DNA of 64,000 nucleotides, taken from NCBI GenBank assembly GCA_964036045.1, contig OZ038378.1:176142001-176206000 (forward strand). Direction: 5' to 3'. Every line of letters begins with the position of its first letter. Within the stretch, counting starts at the first letter, position 1. Shown here piece by piece: positions 12,057 to 24,149 of this stretch. Both the position numbers and the translations under genes were made by a program. A model generated the notes under the pieces. It had not been told where the DNA came from, ran no database searches, and saw nothing but the letters and a program-made list of their open reading frames with translations. The stretch is from Eutreptiella sp. 'Long Island Sound 2002' (Eukaryota > Protista > Euglenida).

Positions 12057-12136
12057 TAGTTGAGTGGTAACATACATGGTTCCTTGAACTAGGGGGCATA
12101 TCTGGTTCTTTGAACCACAGGGCCAGGTTCGAACCC
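12057..12136 (+). other. tRNA-derived SINE-head-like module with duplicated middle arm
   Basis: A-box-like TAGTTGAGTGG and B box GGTTCGAACCC; internal duplication TGGTTC(C/T)TTGAAC lengthens the spacing. Confidence 0.5.
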
Positions 12137-14370
12137 CAGTTTGTGCGCGTGTTCACGTGGTTGACTCCACGTGGCAGACCGGACACACTGCGGATACTCA
12201 CACATACCGAACAAATGATGAGGGGGCACACTTGAACAGGGGCTAGGTGGCCACAATGCAGCGACTCTTTCATTGGTGCATTTCACCAACATGCTGCGTT
12301 TATGCATTGTACCTCGTCCTAGTGTGTGCAGCTGGTCGTGCCACAAGAAAAGCAATCTCGATTTTCTGTGGATTTTTATTATTGATTCTCAATTTGAAAC
12401 TCAGGCACCAGGGGCTGTGCAATAGGCGCCCTTACCAAAATTGCGTGTCGTCCCAAACAATTTTCCATTGCATACCTTTTTTGGGTCGGTTTGGAAAGGC
12501 CTTGGCTGCAGGCTTAGGAACGGGTTTGGGCTTGCTTTTTAGAGAACAAACCCCAATAAAATGGAGCCTGCCCCGAGGCTCAGCCGAAGCCTGAGCTTGA
12601 GCCTAAGCCTCACCCTGAGCCTGAACCTGAGCAGGGTGCTGGCTGAAGTGGAGGCGGTGGCGGTGGTGGTGGATTGGGTGGCAGTGGGGTAAGTGAGGAG
12701 AATAGGCCAACTGAGACCCAAGATGTTCTGACCCGCCAATTTCAGAAAGGCTCTTTTTTCGCCCAAGATTCTATTTTTGGAAAAATTGCTCAAGCGGAGC
12801 TCCGACACACCCTCGATGCAAAATTGCCGCTCCGAACCGCTTTTCCAAAAAATGGCCCCCAGGAGTTACACCTGCGCCCTTCTCTTTTCCTTGGTGCACC
12901 TCCTGAGCTCCCTGCTCAATATGCTCCTTGGGTGTGTTGTGTTGCTACTTCAGACCCAAGATGTTTTCTCCCGGTGACCATGTACGGTACCACTCAGCCA
13001 CCTTCATGGCCCTCGGCGCTACTGCCACAGGATGCCGGCACAACACTGCTACTTGTAACCATGTGGAGAGGCTCAGTAGAAAATAAAGCCGGGAAAAATG
13101 AAAAGGCATGCCATTGATTAGGGACCCTGTAAAAATGTTTCCCAAACTCGCTGCTGACATAGCCCACAGGCTGTGCAAGCTGGGTCCGCACACTTGGTGC
13201 ACATGTGTTGGCCACTATTGTGGGGCCTTCGCCAAATGGGCCGCAGCTTTGCCACATTCGGTACATACGCCCTGGTGGGGTCACTCCGGTGGATCATGAG
13301 AGTGCTCAACTCTCAAGGCTAGAGGCTGTGGCGGTTGAATCAGTGCTTGCACTAGTGGAGGGTACCACGGTTTGCCTTGAAATACCCTTGCAATCCCCCC
13401 CCCCCCCGGGAGACCGTCACTTGGCGACCGTCTCCCCCCCCACCCGGGAGACCGTCGCGCGCTACCCCGGGAGTTTGCAAGGGGGGCGTGGGGTACGTCC
13501 GCAGCCAAGCCCTTGCGCACTAGCAAAGGGCCTATCCCGAATAAGCCTGTGCCCCCCTGTGCCCCACGCTCCCACATAATTTTTCTGTTGTGCACTGAGA
13601 TTTTAAGGTTTCAGCACAGCCTTGACCTCGGTTCTTGTGTTGCTCCAAGTGGATAGTCTTGGGAATGCTCCATAATAACTGTACGCAGTGCACATATTGT
13701 TACACATTGCGATGCCTGTCTTTACACTCATTGGATTCATTGGTAAAATTGTGTGTTGGCAGAGCTATTCAGTTGCCCCGCACCGACCATTGTCCCCCTC
13801 CCAGAACGCTCTTGCAATGGTATGGTATGGTAAGGTATGGTTTGGTATGGTCTGGCGTGGTGTGGCGTGGTACGGGTATTTCAACATAATTTTGCTGCCC
13901 CCCTTGCCACCACACACATACCCCCCCCCCCCCTCCGCCCCCCTTGTCCTAGCTACGCCCTTGTCCAAGCTACAGTAGTGGGGCTCTGAGATGGACGCCA
14001 CGTCTTGTAGCTCGGGGGGAACGGAGTCCACGTCTGGAGGTTCAGGATCAGACACGAGCTCATACCAGTCAGGGGGATCGGAGTGCAGTACAGAAGTGAG
14101 TGACAATCCATACCGGAAGAGACGCCGGGCGCTGGGGGGGGAAGTCTGATTGAGTTGCAACTGAGGAGGAGCATACCTGAAACACATGTGACTCCCACGT
14201 CACATTTCTTTTGGTGGCGAAGGCGGCATACACGCTGCTGCGGGTCGACCCGTCACGCGGTTGATCTGAGCCTTGAGGGTAAGCGATGAGAACGGGGGGA
14301 GTAACCAGGCACAACAGGTGAAAGTCGAACCTGGTGGTTATGAATGCCAGCACACAACCACATCGGGAAG

Positions 14371-14424
14371 TAGCATATCGGAAACACACTTGTCTCCCAC
14401 GCCATGGATCGTGGGTTCGAAACC
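14371..14424 (+). other. Degenerate tRNA-like module
   Basis: TAGCATATCGG ... GGTTCGAAACC with a tRNA-like 43-nt A-to-B spacing; arms do not fold cleanly. Confidence 0.45.
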
Positions 14425-15053
14425 CGGTGGGCATGCCGCTGGGGGTTCTTTTTACATGCTGCTCCAGTCATCTCAACCCAGTTCTTGCTGAGGGCTAGGG
14501 AGGGAAGCCTGACCTACCCAGACGAACTGTGGCGGCGCCTCCGGCGCCGTATTTGTGGATGAACTGTGACGGCGGCTTTGCCGCCATGCCTGGGAATGCA
14601 CCGAATGAGAGGGCGTAGGTCTGTCGGTGGGGACCTATCGCTGAACTTTCCACTGTTTATGGCCAAGCTACAGTAGGCGTAGGGTCCGTATTAATTCGGG
14701 ACCTAATTTAATTCGGTACCAAATGTCGTGCAGCCACAGAAGACATGGGTTTGGTGACAAATTCGCCAGTTACATGGAGTCATGGACACATTTGTTGTGA
14801 GTGTTTGCCCACTTGAACCCACATAGCTCTGATTTTGGGGATATTTGTGCACCATATCCCCCTTTCTTGCATCAGCTCACCATGCCGGTGGTTGTATGTG
14901 TCGCAACCTACGCCTTTGTCCAAGCTACAGTACGCATAGGGACCGTATTAATTTGGGATTTTTGTGTAGCTAGGACAAGGGGGGGGGGGGGTACATAATG
15001 TGCAGCTCCACCCCACACACGAATATTCTGCTGCAGCTGTGCTGTAGCACAAC

Positions 15054-15254
15054 ATGACATATTCCCAACCGAAGTTGTATGTCAACGAAGAAGTGGATGA
15101 GGACGAGAGCAGCGACAGCGACGAGGAAGGGGCTTTGGAGGTGCATGAGCCGCTGCTGCGCGAGCCCGTAGACATGCGGCCGGCGCCAGAGGGAACCCCT
15201 TTCGAGCGCAAGAATATCCCGCATACCGCGCGAGCCCCGACTGCTACACATGAG
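15054..15254 (+). CDS. Candidate first or early exon of an unknown acidic, low-complexity protein
   Basis: Acceptor gtgctgtag|cacaacATG; encodes MTYSQPKLYVNEEVDEDESSDSDEEGALEVHEPLL...PTATHE; donor GAG|gtttgc, phase 0. Confidence 0.5.
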
Positions 15255-15566
15255 GTTTGCAGACTGAACTGCTTTGTGTCGTTGTCTGTCCCCCTGTTGA
15301 GCGGCAACACATACTACACAGCGGGCGGATGCCGGCGCGGTGGGCGCATAGCTTGAAATTGTCTAAGATCCCACTTTTGTTGCTGCTGTCCACAAAATTT
15401 GCCCATGGGATTGCCATTGACGGCAGCGTCGGCGGCTGCTGCGGCCGCTACCGGGAACCTACTCCCGGGGCTTTTCACACGTCGTGTATTGTGCGAGCAC
15501 ACGCGAAAAGGCATTGTTTGCATGGGATTTGTGGAATGGGTGGTCGCCCGATGGACAAAGAAAAGT

Positions 15567-16591
15567 GGTATCTTCTCCCATATAGGGCACCGGTCCCCAC
15601 TCCCTTTGTGTCCAGGGCTGCCGCTGCCCGAATGCTGGCACTGTCACCAGTTGTCATCGGATTTCCGATTCCTGGTCCCTTCGGCCAATAGCCCCGCTGC
15701 AAAGTCGCTTTTTTTTTAATTGTCCTGATGCAAGTGCCTTGTCGAGAGCGAGGAGGATCCAGTGGTTCAGTTGTGCTTACGTACCCGTACTCTATCTGAT
15801 GAGGCCTTTGCGTGTGTATGAATCCGTGGTTGTTCTCGAGAGCCTTCGAAGGTGTTTTCTTAGAAGGTCAGTGAGCAGCAAACAGCGGTATCACTTCCCG
15901 TGCAGGGCGGGCGGCAGTACGCGCGTTTGAGACGTTTTCCTCTTTTCGAGCCCATCCCATTTTTCCAGAGCCTCCTCCCCCCCTCTTCCAACCCGCGTTC
16001 CCGGTCCCTTCGACATGCCTCTCCCCTCTTTCAGACCCCAACATCTTGCGACCCCCTCCCAACTCCCCTCAAAGGGTGCCTCCTGCTACAGTGATGTGAG
16101 GTGGGGTGAGGGGAGGCAAGGCCAGGCGATCTCCGACCGGCAGTGGAGAGCTGCCCTTTTTGCCTCGCAGCGTCCGAAGCTCTGGAAAAATGGGATGGGC
16201 TCGAAGAGAGGAAAACGTCTCAAACGCGCGTACTGCCGCCCGCCCTGCACGGGAAGTGATACCGCTGTTTGCTGCTCACTGACCTTCTAAGAAAACACCT
16301 TCGAAGGCTCTCGAGAACAACCACGGATTCATACACACGCAAAGGCCTCATCAGATAGAGTACGGGTACGTAAGCACAACTGAACCACTGGATCCTCCTC
16401 GCTCCCGACAAGGCACTTGCATCAGGACAATTTAAAAAAAAGCAAAGTAGAGACTTTGCAGCGGGGCTATTGGCCGAAGGGACCAGGAATCGGAAATCCG
16501 ATGACAACTGGTGACAGTGCCAGCATTCGGGCAGTGGCAGCCCTGGACACAAAAGGAGTGGGGACCGGTGCCGTATATGGGAGAAGATACC
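15567..16591. repeat. Long foldback inverted repeat: two ~405-410-bp arms with a ~207-bp spacer
   Basis: 15567-15971 is the reverse complement of 16179-16591 with few substitutions and one small indel. The same peptide (RRIQWFSCAYVPVLYLMRP...) appears in ORFs 15739+ and 16220-. Confidence 0.93.
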
Positions 16592-17472
16592 CTTCCGGAT
16601 CACTGACACCCCAGCACCCAGGACGGCCGTGCATTGCTGCTGACGAAAGGAACCGACTTCCCCTAGTTCACGCATCAGCTGCATGACGGCTGATTTCTGC
16701 GGCCTCCTGAAGGATTTCCGTGTGTTGATCATGGCCCCTCCCCAATCCACCTTTTGCGAGTCTTTCCCTTCTTCGATCCCCCTTCTGAGTCCTGTCCACA
16801 GTGTTGCCCCCCCCCCCCCCCCTCAGGCCTCTCAAACCCCAAACTCCCTCTCCTTCCCCCGTCTGCCGCTGCCAGAGTCCCGTCCTCGATACTGCAATGA
16901 TGTTATCAGGTCCCCAGTGGCCCGCAGATCAGTGTGCAGGACCTGTTGGCGTTACCCGACAACGACTTCTTTGACTCCCTCATCGATCATTTGGGGGAGT
17001 TGCCAAGCACTCACTTCGACCAACTCTTGGCCGCACGGGTACGTCTGACTGCTTTGGATATGTGGCAGCGATGCCACATTTTCGTCTGGGTCGCAGGCAA
17101 CACAGACACCCATCGTCCGCCCCGCCCCCCCTCGTCACATGCACAATCGTCGCACTCTTCCTCTAGTTCTCGCAGTAGTCGTGCAGGTCGTATCCCCCCC
17201 CCCCCGTGTCCATCGAACACTTCCGTTCAGACCGCATTAATTTGGGACCTAATTAATTCGGTACTAAATTAGGTACCAGGCTCCAGAACCGCAGTTTGAG
17301 GCGAAAGATTTGGGGAAATGAGGGGCTGTTGTGATGTATCCACTGTGACGTGATTTGGGCCAAGGCAGGGCGTGGGGTGTGGGGTTTGTGCCATGTTTTT
17401 GAGAACACCCTGTGCCTAACCCGTGATTTGATGGAGGACAGTGCTATCCCATCAAATCTGTCCGTCCTGAAG

Positions 17473-17598
17473 GTGCCTGAGCCGGATCAGGCTGCCACTT
17501 CTGCCGGTGCCAACAACAAGAAGGGCCCCAAGCCCAAGGAGCATGTTCAACTGTTCCGCATGAAGCGGGACCGCAACAAGGGCTTCCACTCTGAAAAG
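17473..17598 (+). CDS. Candidate exon of the unknown gene (donor uncertain, possibly GA)
   Basis: Acceptor ctgaag|GTG, phase 0; coding-like codons (VPEPDQAATSAGANNKKGPKPKEHVQLFRMKRDRNKGFHSEK). No nearby phase-0 GT; best boundary by eye is AAG|gataat. Confidence 0.38.
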
Positions 17599-18860
17599 GA
17601 TAATTGGAGGCCTCCACCACATTGTGCTTTGAATGGGCTGGGTATCTTGTGCCGAGGGACGTGTTCCCGCCGTTTCACGATATTGTCGCGCGCACCGAGC
17701 GGCGTGTCCGACGAACACTGCCGTTTGGACTGTATTAATTTGGGACCAAATTGTTCGTTGGACAGGGGGGGGGGCGGGTAGCAAGGACACCGGCTGTACG
17801 ACACTTGGCCCAGCCACCCTTCGTGCAACCCTCAAACCCCTATTGCGTTCTCCCCCGCCCATGTTGTCCTCACTTGTGTGTGGGGAGGGGGGGCGTTGCT
17901 CGCAGGATGGGGAATGACAAAGCGGACCGATTCCCCAAGGATGAGGTAATGTGTGGTCCCTACCCCCAGCCCCCATTCGTTTTGATGTGGGAAGTGCCCA
18001 AGACAATGGAGTTGGGAGCTGCGGCATCGCATCACAAGGCTCTGATGCGATTTGCTGGTCCCCCAGGGTGAACCAAAGGGCGGGAAAATGGCCTCAGCAA
18101 CGCTGCAGGTCTCCCCCAGCCGCCGATCGATCGGGCGACCCCGGGCCCGAAACAACCGCAAAATACACGTTGGATGAATATGCTCAGCAGGTGTAGGTCG
18201 ACCGTGCTCCTGCCCCTGAAGGCTCGGGCGGTCCTGAATGCTCAACCAAAACCCAATGTGTCATTCTCAAAGGACAGCCCCTCTTGAGCACTGGTCACCA
18301 CAACGTCCCGCACCGGCGTGAGGCAGGGGAGGACAGGTTCCGACCCCCATCCTGATCCATTTACGCAACCCGCATGATGACTGTGAAGTTTGGGTGTGCC
18401 TGCCTTTAACGGACAGCGGTGACTGGTCGGCCGGTGGCACGGCGGGGGGATGCTGGGCCTGAAGCTTGTCAGGTGCTGGGTGGACAGCAGGTCATGGTGT
18501 GCGCTGCGTAGGAGTGGGGCTATGCGGCGCAGCAGGTTGGGCGGGAGGTCAATGTCCGCTGGCCTTGCGGCTTATTCGACTCCCAGGGGCACCAGAGCTC
18601 TGCCCCTTTCCCACCCCTTTCCCGTCCCGTTGCTGGTACCCCGTCGGCGTAGGGGAGTCCAGTGGTGTGTTGTCTGTTTAGTTTGGGACACCGCCCTGCT
18701 AGGACGCCCGCCTTCCAAAGCGATGGACACCCCCGTGCAACGGTGTCTTTTTCATCCACTCTCCCCTTCGTCATTGTGCACTGTCAGCGATGGATGGATG
18801 GCTCATGCCCCGCGGCAGCGGCAGGCGTGCGCGCTGCGACAGGCACGTCCCATGTTGCAG

Positions 18861-18965
18861 GTCGACGATGACGCTAGCAATGGGGACCTCCAGGGCGACG
18901 GGAACCCCGAGCACCACCGCCCCCATCAAGTGGAGGTGTGCAGGCCTCTGCAGCCCACGTTCATG
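18861..18965 (+). CDS. Candidate exon of the unknown gene
   Basis: ttgcag|GTC...ATG|gtcagt, both phase 0, 105 nt: VDDDASNGDLQGDGNPEHHRPHQVEVCRPLQPTFM. Confidence 0.45.
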
Positions 18966-19789
18966 GTCAGTTCACTGTCACGCATTTGTGGTGTTGGGGT
19001 GGGGCGGGGGGTAGGATGGATTGACGGATGGATGGATGGATGGATGGCGTAAGCTTGCGGGGGGCAACTCCTTGGGACACGGGCGCTGCGGGATTTAGGC
19101 TATTGTGTGATAGAGCATGTGACCCGTTAGCTTTTGTTGGGCAATTTTAGGCGCCCCCCCCCCCCCCGTGGGCACTATCTCTCAAGCCGGCTAATAATGG
19201 GGGGGGCAAAGGCAATGTATGCCAAAAATTACGTACATTTTGATAAATCGCGCGAAAAGTGGCGTAAATTTCTGTAAATTTTTATAAATTCGGTGTAAAT
19301 TAGGGAACCTAAGTGCTTTGCATGCTATTACATGTAGATTTGCTCATCGAAGATGTGTAGAATTGTGTCTCTTCAATTGAATTTTTCTCCTATGTTTCGT
19401 AAATTGTTCCGTGCTCTATCGGTTTTACCATGTAATGTGGGTGTGCAAGCAGGTGGCGGAAGTTGAGTGGCAAGAATTTGCTACTCCCGCTGCTGCCCTC
19501 CGCCATGTGAAGTCCGAACGTGCCCCCTCAACCTTGCAGCAAGTGCAGATGGAGTGCGCCGCAAATAATGCAAGGCTCTGCACGTTCCCGTACAAGCCCC
19601 CCTCCGCCGCCTCGCCGCAGCAAGCACCATAGACCTTAGCCGCCGTTGCGCCCTCTACGACACAAGGGCCGTCCAATTTCGTCTCGGGGTTGAGCCTTTT
19701 GTATGGTAGCAGCTGCAACTTTGCGGGGTCAACGGGTCATGCTCGCATTGCAACCGCGGGGTTCATGAGCACTACTTCCTCACCTTGGA

Positions 19790-21300
19790 GGGCGCAGAGG
19801 GAGAGGCAAAGGCTTACCGTGGGCATTTGGCATGTGCCTGCAGGGATTGTGCAAAGCCTTTGGGTGACACTAATAGCCAACAATGCAAGCATTGTAAGTG
19901 CTGTCAGGGTTTTTCATTGAAACGTGGTACGTTAAATCACGTTAAATCACGTTTTACCACGTTTTGAGCCGATTTGCCAAATCAGGTTAAACCACGTTAA
20001 ATCACGTTAAATCACGTTTCATTGTCTGTGTTGTGGGTTTGGGTTGCAATGGATCATGGACCTATCCTTCCCTGGCATGCCATGTGAATGCGCAACATAG
20101 AAGCGAGACACGGTGTCAACTGACACTGTGTTCTCTGTAGGTGATCAAGACCAGATCAAGTCCAGCGGATGACAACACGCGCCATTTCCGTGTCAGGCTC
20201 TCTTGTCTGTGCTCCTTTTCGTTATGCCCGTTATGATACTCTTTGGTCCCAGTGTGGAGGACTGTTGCCTGCAGCAGTGGAACCGTTTTTGTGGTTTCCC
20301 TTGTCCTCTGCTGCTGTGGAGCGTTCTTTCAGTTTGGCTGGCCTAATTGATGCTCCCAACCGACAAAGAATGGGAGAGCGTGTACGTGAAGCATGTGTCA
20401 CAATGTTTTTCAATGGGGATGTGGAGCAGCGCTTCACTAAGGACTGATGTATTTAGGTTGTTTCTCGCATCCAATATCTCATCTGTACTGTTTCTGTAGC
20501 ATTCAAATGTGTGAAGAAATGATTTTGGTGGACTGAGAATTGTCTCCTACAAACCTGTCCAATGCATTGCCTTGTGTTACATGTTCCCAAGGACAGGGCT
20601 GATGAATGAGATTGGTGTACATGGGTTTACCATGTCCAGAATCCACAGAGCAGCATGGCATTGCAACCCAGAAATCACGTTAAAAATCACGTTAAATCAC
20701 GTTAAATCACGTTAAATCACGTTTCATCCGGGGCAGCCCAATCACGTTTCTGTGAAAAACCCTGGTGCTGGGTGCATGTTGCGTGTTTTCAAGATGGTGT
20801 GTATTTGCATTTTGCAACCGCTGCCCACCTTGCCCTACCACTACCAAGGTTCGTTCATTCCACACTTCATGGCTATCTGGGCACCCTTGGTTGAAGTATG
20901 AAGGTGGGGTCATGTTTTGCATAGCATGTCGAGCATACCCCAAACCGGCTGCCCAGCCTGAGTGGATTGCGGGCATCAAGAACATCAAATTGTACGAGGT
21001 TGCAAAACATCAAGAATGCAGGACCCATGCCATTTCGCTTGCTCTTTGGCAATTAGGTGGGGCAGGTAAAATTTGTGACCCACGCTATTCTTTTAGAGGC
21101 GCAGGAGGCCCTACGGGTGCATTTTCGCCTCATGTACCGCGATGTGAAGCGGTAGGGCATGCTCTGTGATGTGGCTATGATGATGATGAGATGTTGAAGC
21201 CGCTGCATTGAACGTAGTGAATCTCTTGCAAGCTTACCGCGGCGAGGATGCTGTTGCTGACATTGTGCAACATGTGGCCGCTAAAGTACGCACAACAGAT
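19790..21300 (+). pseudogene. hAT transposase 5' part: PHD-like finger (split by nested MITE), ZnF_TTF-type finger, start of DUF4371-like region
   Basis: Removing 19905-20764 restores CRDC-x11-CKHC-x4-H-x2-C. Then RSFHTSWLSGHPWLKYEGGVMFCIAC...KHQECRTH and YRGEDAVADIVQHVAAKVR. Stops present; catalytic core absent. Confidence 0.7.
19905..20764 (+). mobile_element. Nested non-autonomous hAT deletion derivative (860 bp) retaining the C-terminal dimerisation domain
   Basis: TIR cagggtttttca / tgaaaaaccctg (extends to ~22 bp); flanking duplication gtgctg(t/g). ORF 20169-20447 contains PLSSAAVERSFSLAG (hAT dimerisation motif). AAATCACGTT arrays at both ends. Confidence 0.88.
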
Positions 21301-21389
21301 GCCCTAACACTGCGTGGGCGAACTTAATCCTTTGTGCCCATGAAGAGTCCAACTTCTGGGCGTTGTATGATGAGAAAAAATAGCAACGG

Positions 21390-21900
21390 GATTTTTTGTG
21401 GGACATCTTGCGCCATATTGATGATGGTATTTTCATCCATCCTACCAATGTGGACGGTAGTTGTGTGCCAAAAGGGATTTTATCCTGCGCACCTCACCTG
21501 GGAGTGGGGTGTGAAGAACTCGCTTCGCCGCATTGTGTTTCTAGGTCTTCAGGTTGTAGACCCGCTTGAACTAGTGTATTATACTAACTTGAAGCCGACC
21601 AATTCGGCGATTTATATTTCATGGGAATCAAACACACCAGGTGCTGTCAAACTCAATTGAAGACATACCGAGGGTATCCACTACCCCAGTGCCAATTCTC
21701 ATCAGGTGATCTTTGGCGCATGCCTTTGTCGTTGGAAATTGGCCTGTATCCGTCTGTGTTATCTTCAATCCGTTGTAAACACGCATCCGGTCGCTTGTAG
21801 TGAACGCGCCTTATTCATGCAACGCCAGCATCCGGGAGGTGGGTTGGGTGATTTTTACCAAGATCAAAATCAAATGAGATGCGAGGTGGTGTGCCTGCTT
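21390..21900 (+). pseudogene. Penelope-like reverse transcriptase fragment
   Basis: WDILRHIDDGIFIHP (RYIDD-like), then frameshifted RIVFLGLQV and KPTNSAIYISWESNTP (PLE FLD and KPTxxxxYLxxxSxHP-like motifs). Confidence 0.55.
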
Positions 21901-22156
21901 CTTATCCCGTTTGCCGTGAATGTCCCTATTAAATGGTAGAAGCCTTTGCGCAAAGTGGCTATTGCTTTGCAGGACCTCGTCCCCAATCTTAGGCCATTTG
22001 TTGCTTTGAAGGGATTAGGGAACCTAGGTTACCAATAACCTCGCTTTTGCCTCAGAGAAGGGGTGGGACAGACCAGGTCACAGGTCAGGACAGTACCAGA
22101 CAGCCACCCCCCTGCTTCAGTGAAGTGTTCTTTGTATTGTTTGGGACCGGTTCCTA

Positions 22157-23200
22157 TTGTCATGTCTCACCCATGGCCAAACGAGCTGGAGTCGCTTGTC
22201 TAGGAGGCCGATGAGGTTGCAGGTGCGGGCCATGGGTGCCGTGGCAGGCGGCGAAATAGCCCCCGCGAGCAGGCCTGCACACGAGCATCCAAATGCTAAA
22301 TCTGCCAAGTGCGCATTCGTTGGGGATGTGGGCATGCCCCTGGCGGTCAGCGAGTCTTATGAAAAGTGGCCACCGTGGAGGGACTATGTGGCGGCCACCT
22401 TTTGTGCCTTCATCGGTGATGATTTGGTTGCAAAGAAGGCTGGTGAATATCATGTGGAGCTATTGCATCGCAGGCTAGATCAGGCTGGTGTGAAAATGGC
22501 CACTGAATGGCCTGCCCCCTCGCCCGAGCCACACGAGGCGCTCCTGATGATGGCCCTCTACGAGAATCATGCGCGCTGGCGCCTGGACGTGTTCGCTGGG
22601 GAGTGCTGCCACATCAACCCCCAAGCCCCTGCCCCGACCGCGGCACCGGGTGGGCCGCCCGTTGCGGCCTCGCAACAGTAGCCTATTTATGAGATCCGCG
22701 CCTGAGGCCCAATTGTCACAACTCCAGTTGTGACAGTTGTGATCTTCTGGAGGACACAGGCACCCCATCACGGCTACGGGCAGTCCGAAGTGGCAACTGC
22801 GCTGGCCGATGGTACCTGGGCTGCCCTGTGGCCGACCCTGGGGCTAAAGATGGGCGGCTTCGCGGCCCGCCAACCAACGCCACAGGCCCCCAAGGCGGGG
22901 TCGCCCGGGGCCTGGTTCAAGTGCGGCATGCACAACCATTGGGCGCGGGAGTGCACGTTGCAGCAGTCCCGGTCCTCCCAGCAGTCACAGCCGCAGTGGA
23001 AGCCGGCGGGCCGCTTCTGTGTACAAGGGGACTAGACCCTGTACACGGCGTGCAGCACCGGGCGCACATATGATGGGCGCTGGCCGCCCCTCCTACCCCT
23101 GCGTGAGGTGCCGCGGCATGCACTGGTTGTTCCACCCCTGCCCCGCTGGGTTGCAGCAGCCCCAGCAGCAGCAGCCGGCCCTCAGCCGGGCCCCCCGCGC
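22157..23200 (+). pseudogene. Gag-like ORF with CCHC-type knuckles
   Basis: (W)FKCGMHNHWAREC and PCVRCRGMHWLFHPCP in Pro/Gln-rich context; internal stops. Confidence 0.6.
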
Positions 23201-23316
23201 CTGCAGCCCTTTTGCTGAGCCCCCCCCACCCCCACCCGGTTACCTGCCGCCCCTGGCCAACCCCGGGGGTTGCGGGGGGGGGGGGGGGGCGGGGCACGGC
23301 GGCTAAACTCCATGGC

Positions 23317-24060
23317 ATGGCCACGACCGTTTACGACTTGTGGGACTTGTGGGCCGCGGACTTCGCCACTGAACCCCGGGCCTTTGCTCTCCGATGTTGG
23401 GCGGAGAGCACAATGTTTGCCTGGGCGCGGGAACTCCGGCACATTGGCCGTGCAGGGCTTCTGTACGCGCAACAATTGCGGGTAGACGCCCTTGCACGGC
23501 ACCTGGTGTACTTGGCAGCGACGGGGAAGTCCTTGGCGGCCCTACGGGGCACCATATCAGCAGTTCGCATGGCTGAAAAGCTCCAACTACTGCGGCCCAC
23601 CATATGTCCCATCCACTGGGCCATTGCGGCCGGGGCAGGTTGGGCCTAAAACTCCGATTCTGGCCAACAGGTTTGGGGAACCCTGGGCATGCTCCGACCA
23701 TGGCCGCAGCGGTACGCTCCGAGACTGACTTTCCTGTCCTCACCCTCGCCGTCTTCAGCGTCTGCCACGGACTTCGGGACGGGGAGGCCGCCAACATACG
23801 CAAGTTCGACATCACCCAACCAGGCTGGATCAGCTTCTACGATCGCAATATACCCCAGTCCCTGCCGCTCTTCTCAGAGGCAGAGCTCCAGCGCCGTATC
23901 CTGTGGGGGACCCCATGGACGGGAGTCACCCGGCACTGCTGGAGACCACTCGTTGCGGTGGCCATGTTTGCGCCCATGTGGAACAGGTGGACCTCGCAAC
24001 GACAAGCATGGGAGTACGCCGTCTCTGGGCCGGACTGGGAATTGGAGCTTGGCCCCTTGG
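23317..24060 (+). pseudogene. Tyrosine recombinase/integrase domain
   Basis: LAVFSVCHGLRDGEAANIRKFDI (box I Arg), TRHCWR (HxxR) and WNRWTSQRQAWEY (catalytic Tyr region); stop/frameshift near 23650 and an internal deletion. Confidence 0.8.
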
Positions 24061-24149
24061 CCTTATGCGGTTGCAGGCACTACCACGCTACCCCTGTCCG
24101 CCGTCCAACTCTAGCTTGCAGGCGCCCTCGGGCTGCGCATAGCCTATGA

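Noticed and set aside
12560-12640. Telomere-like hexamer tract (CCTGAG/CCTAAG)
   Set aside because: Too degenerate to call telomeric; not linked to the subTIR element here.
13349-13523. Small G/C-run MITE with a possible 7-bp TSD (gcactag)
   Set aside because: TIRs are too degenerate to define the ends; likely real but not supportable precisely.
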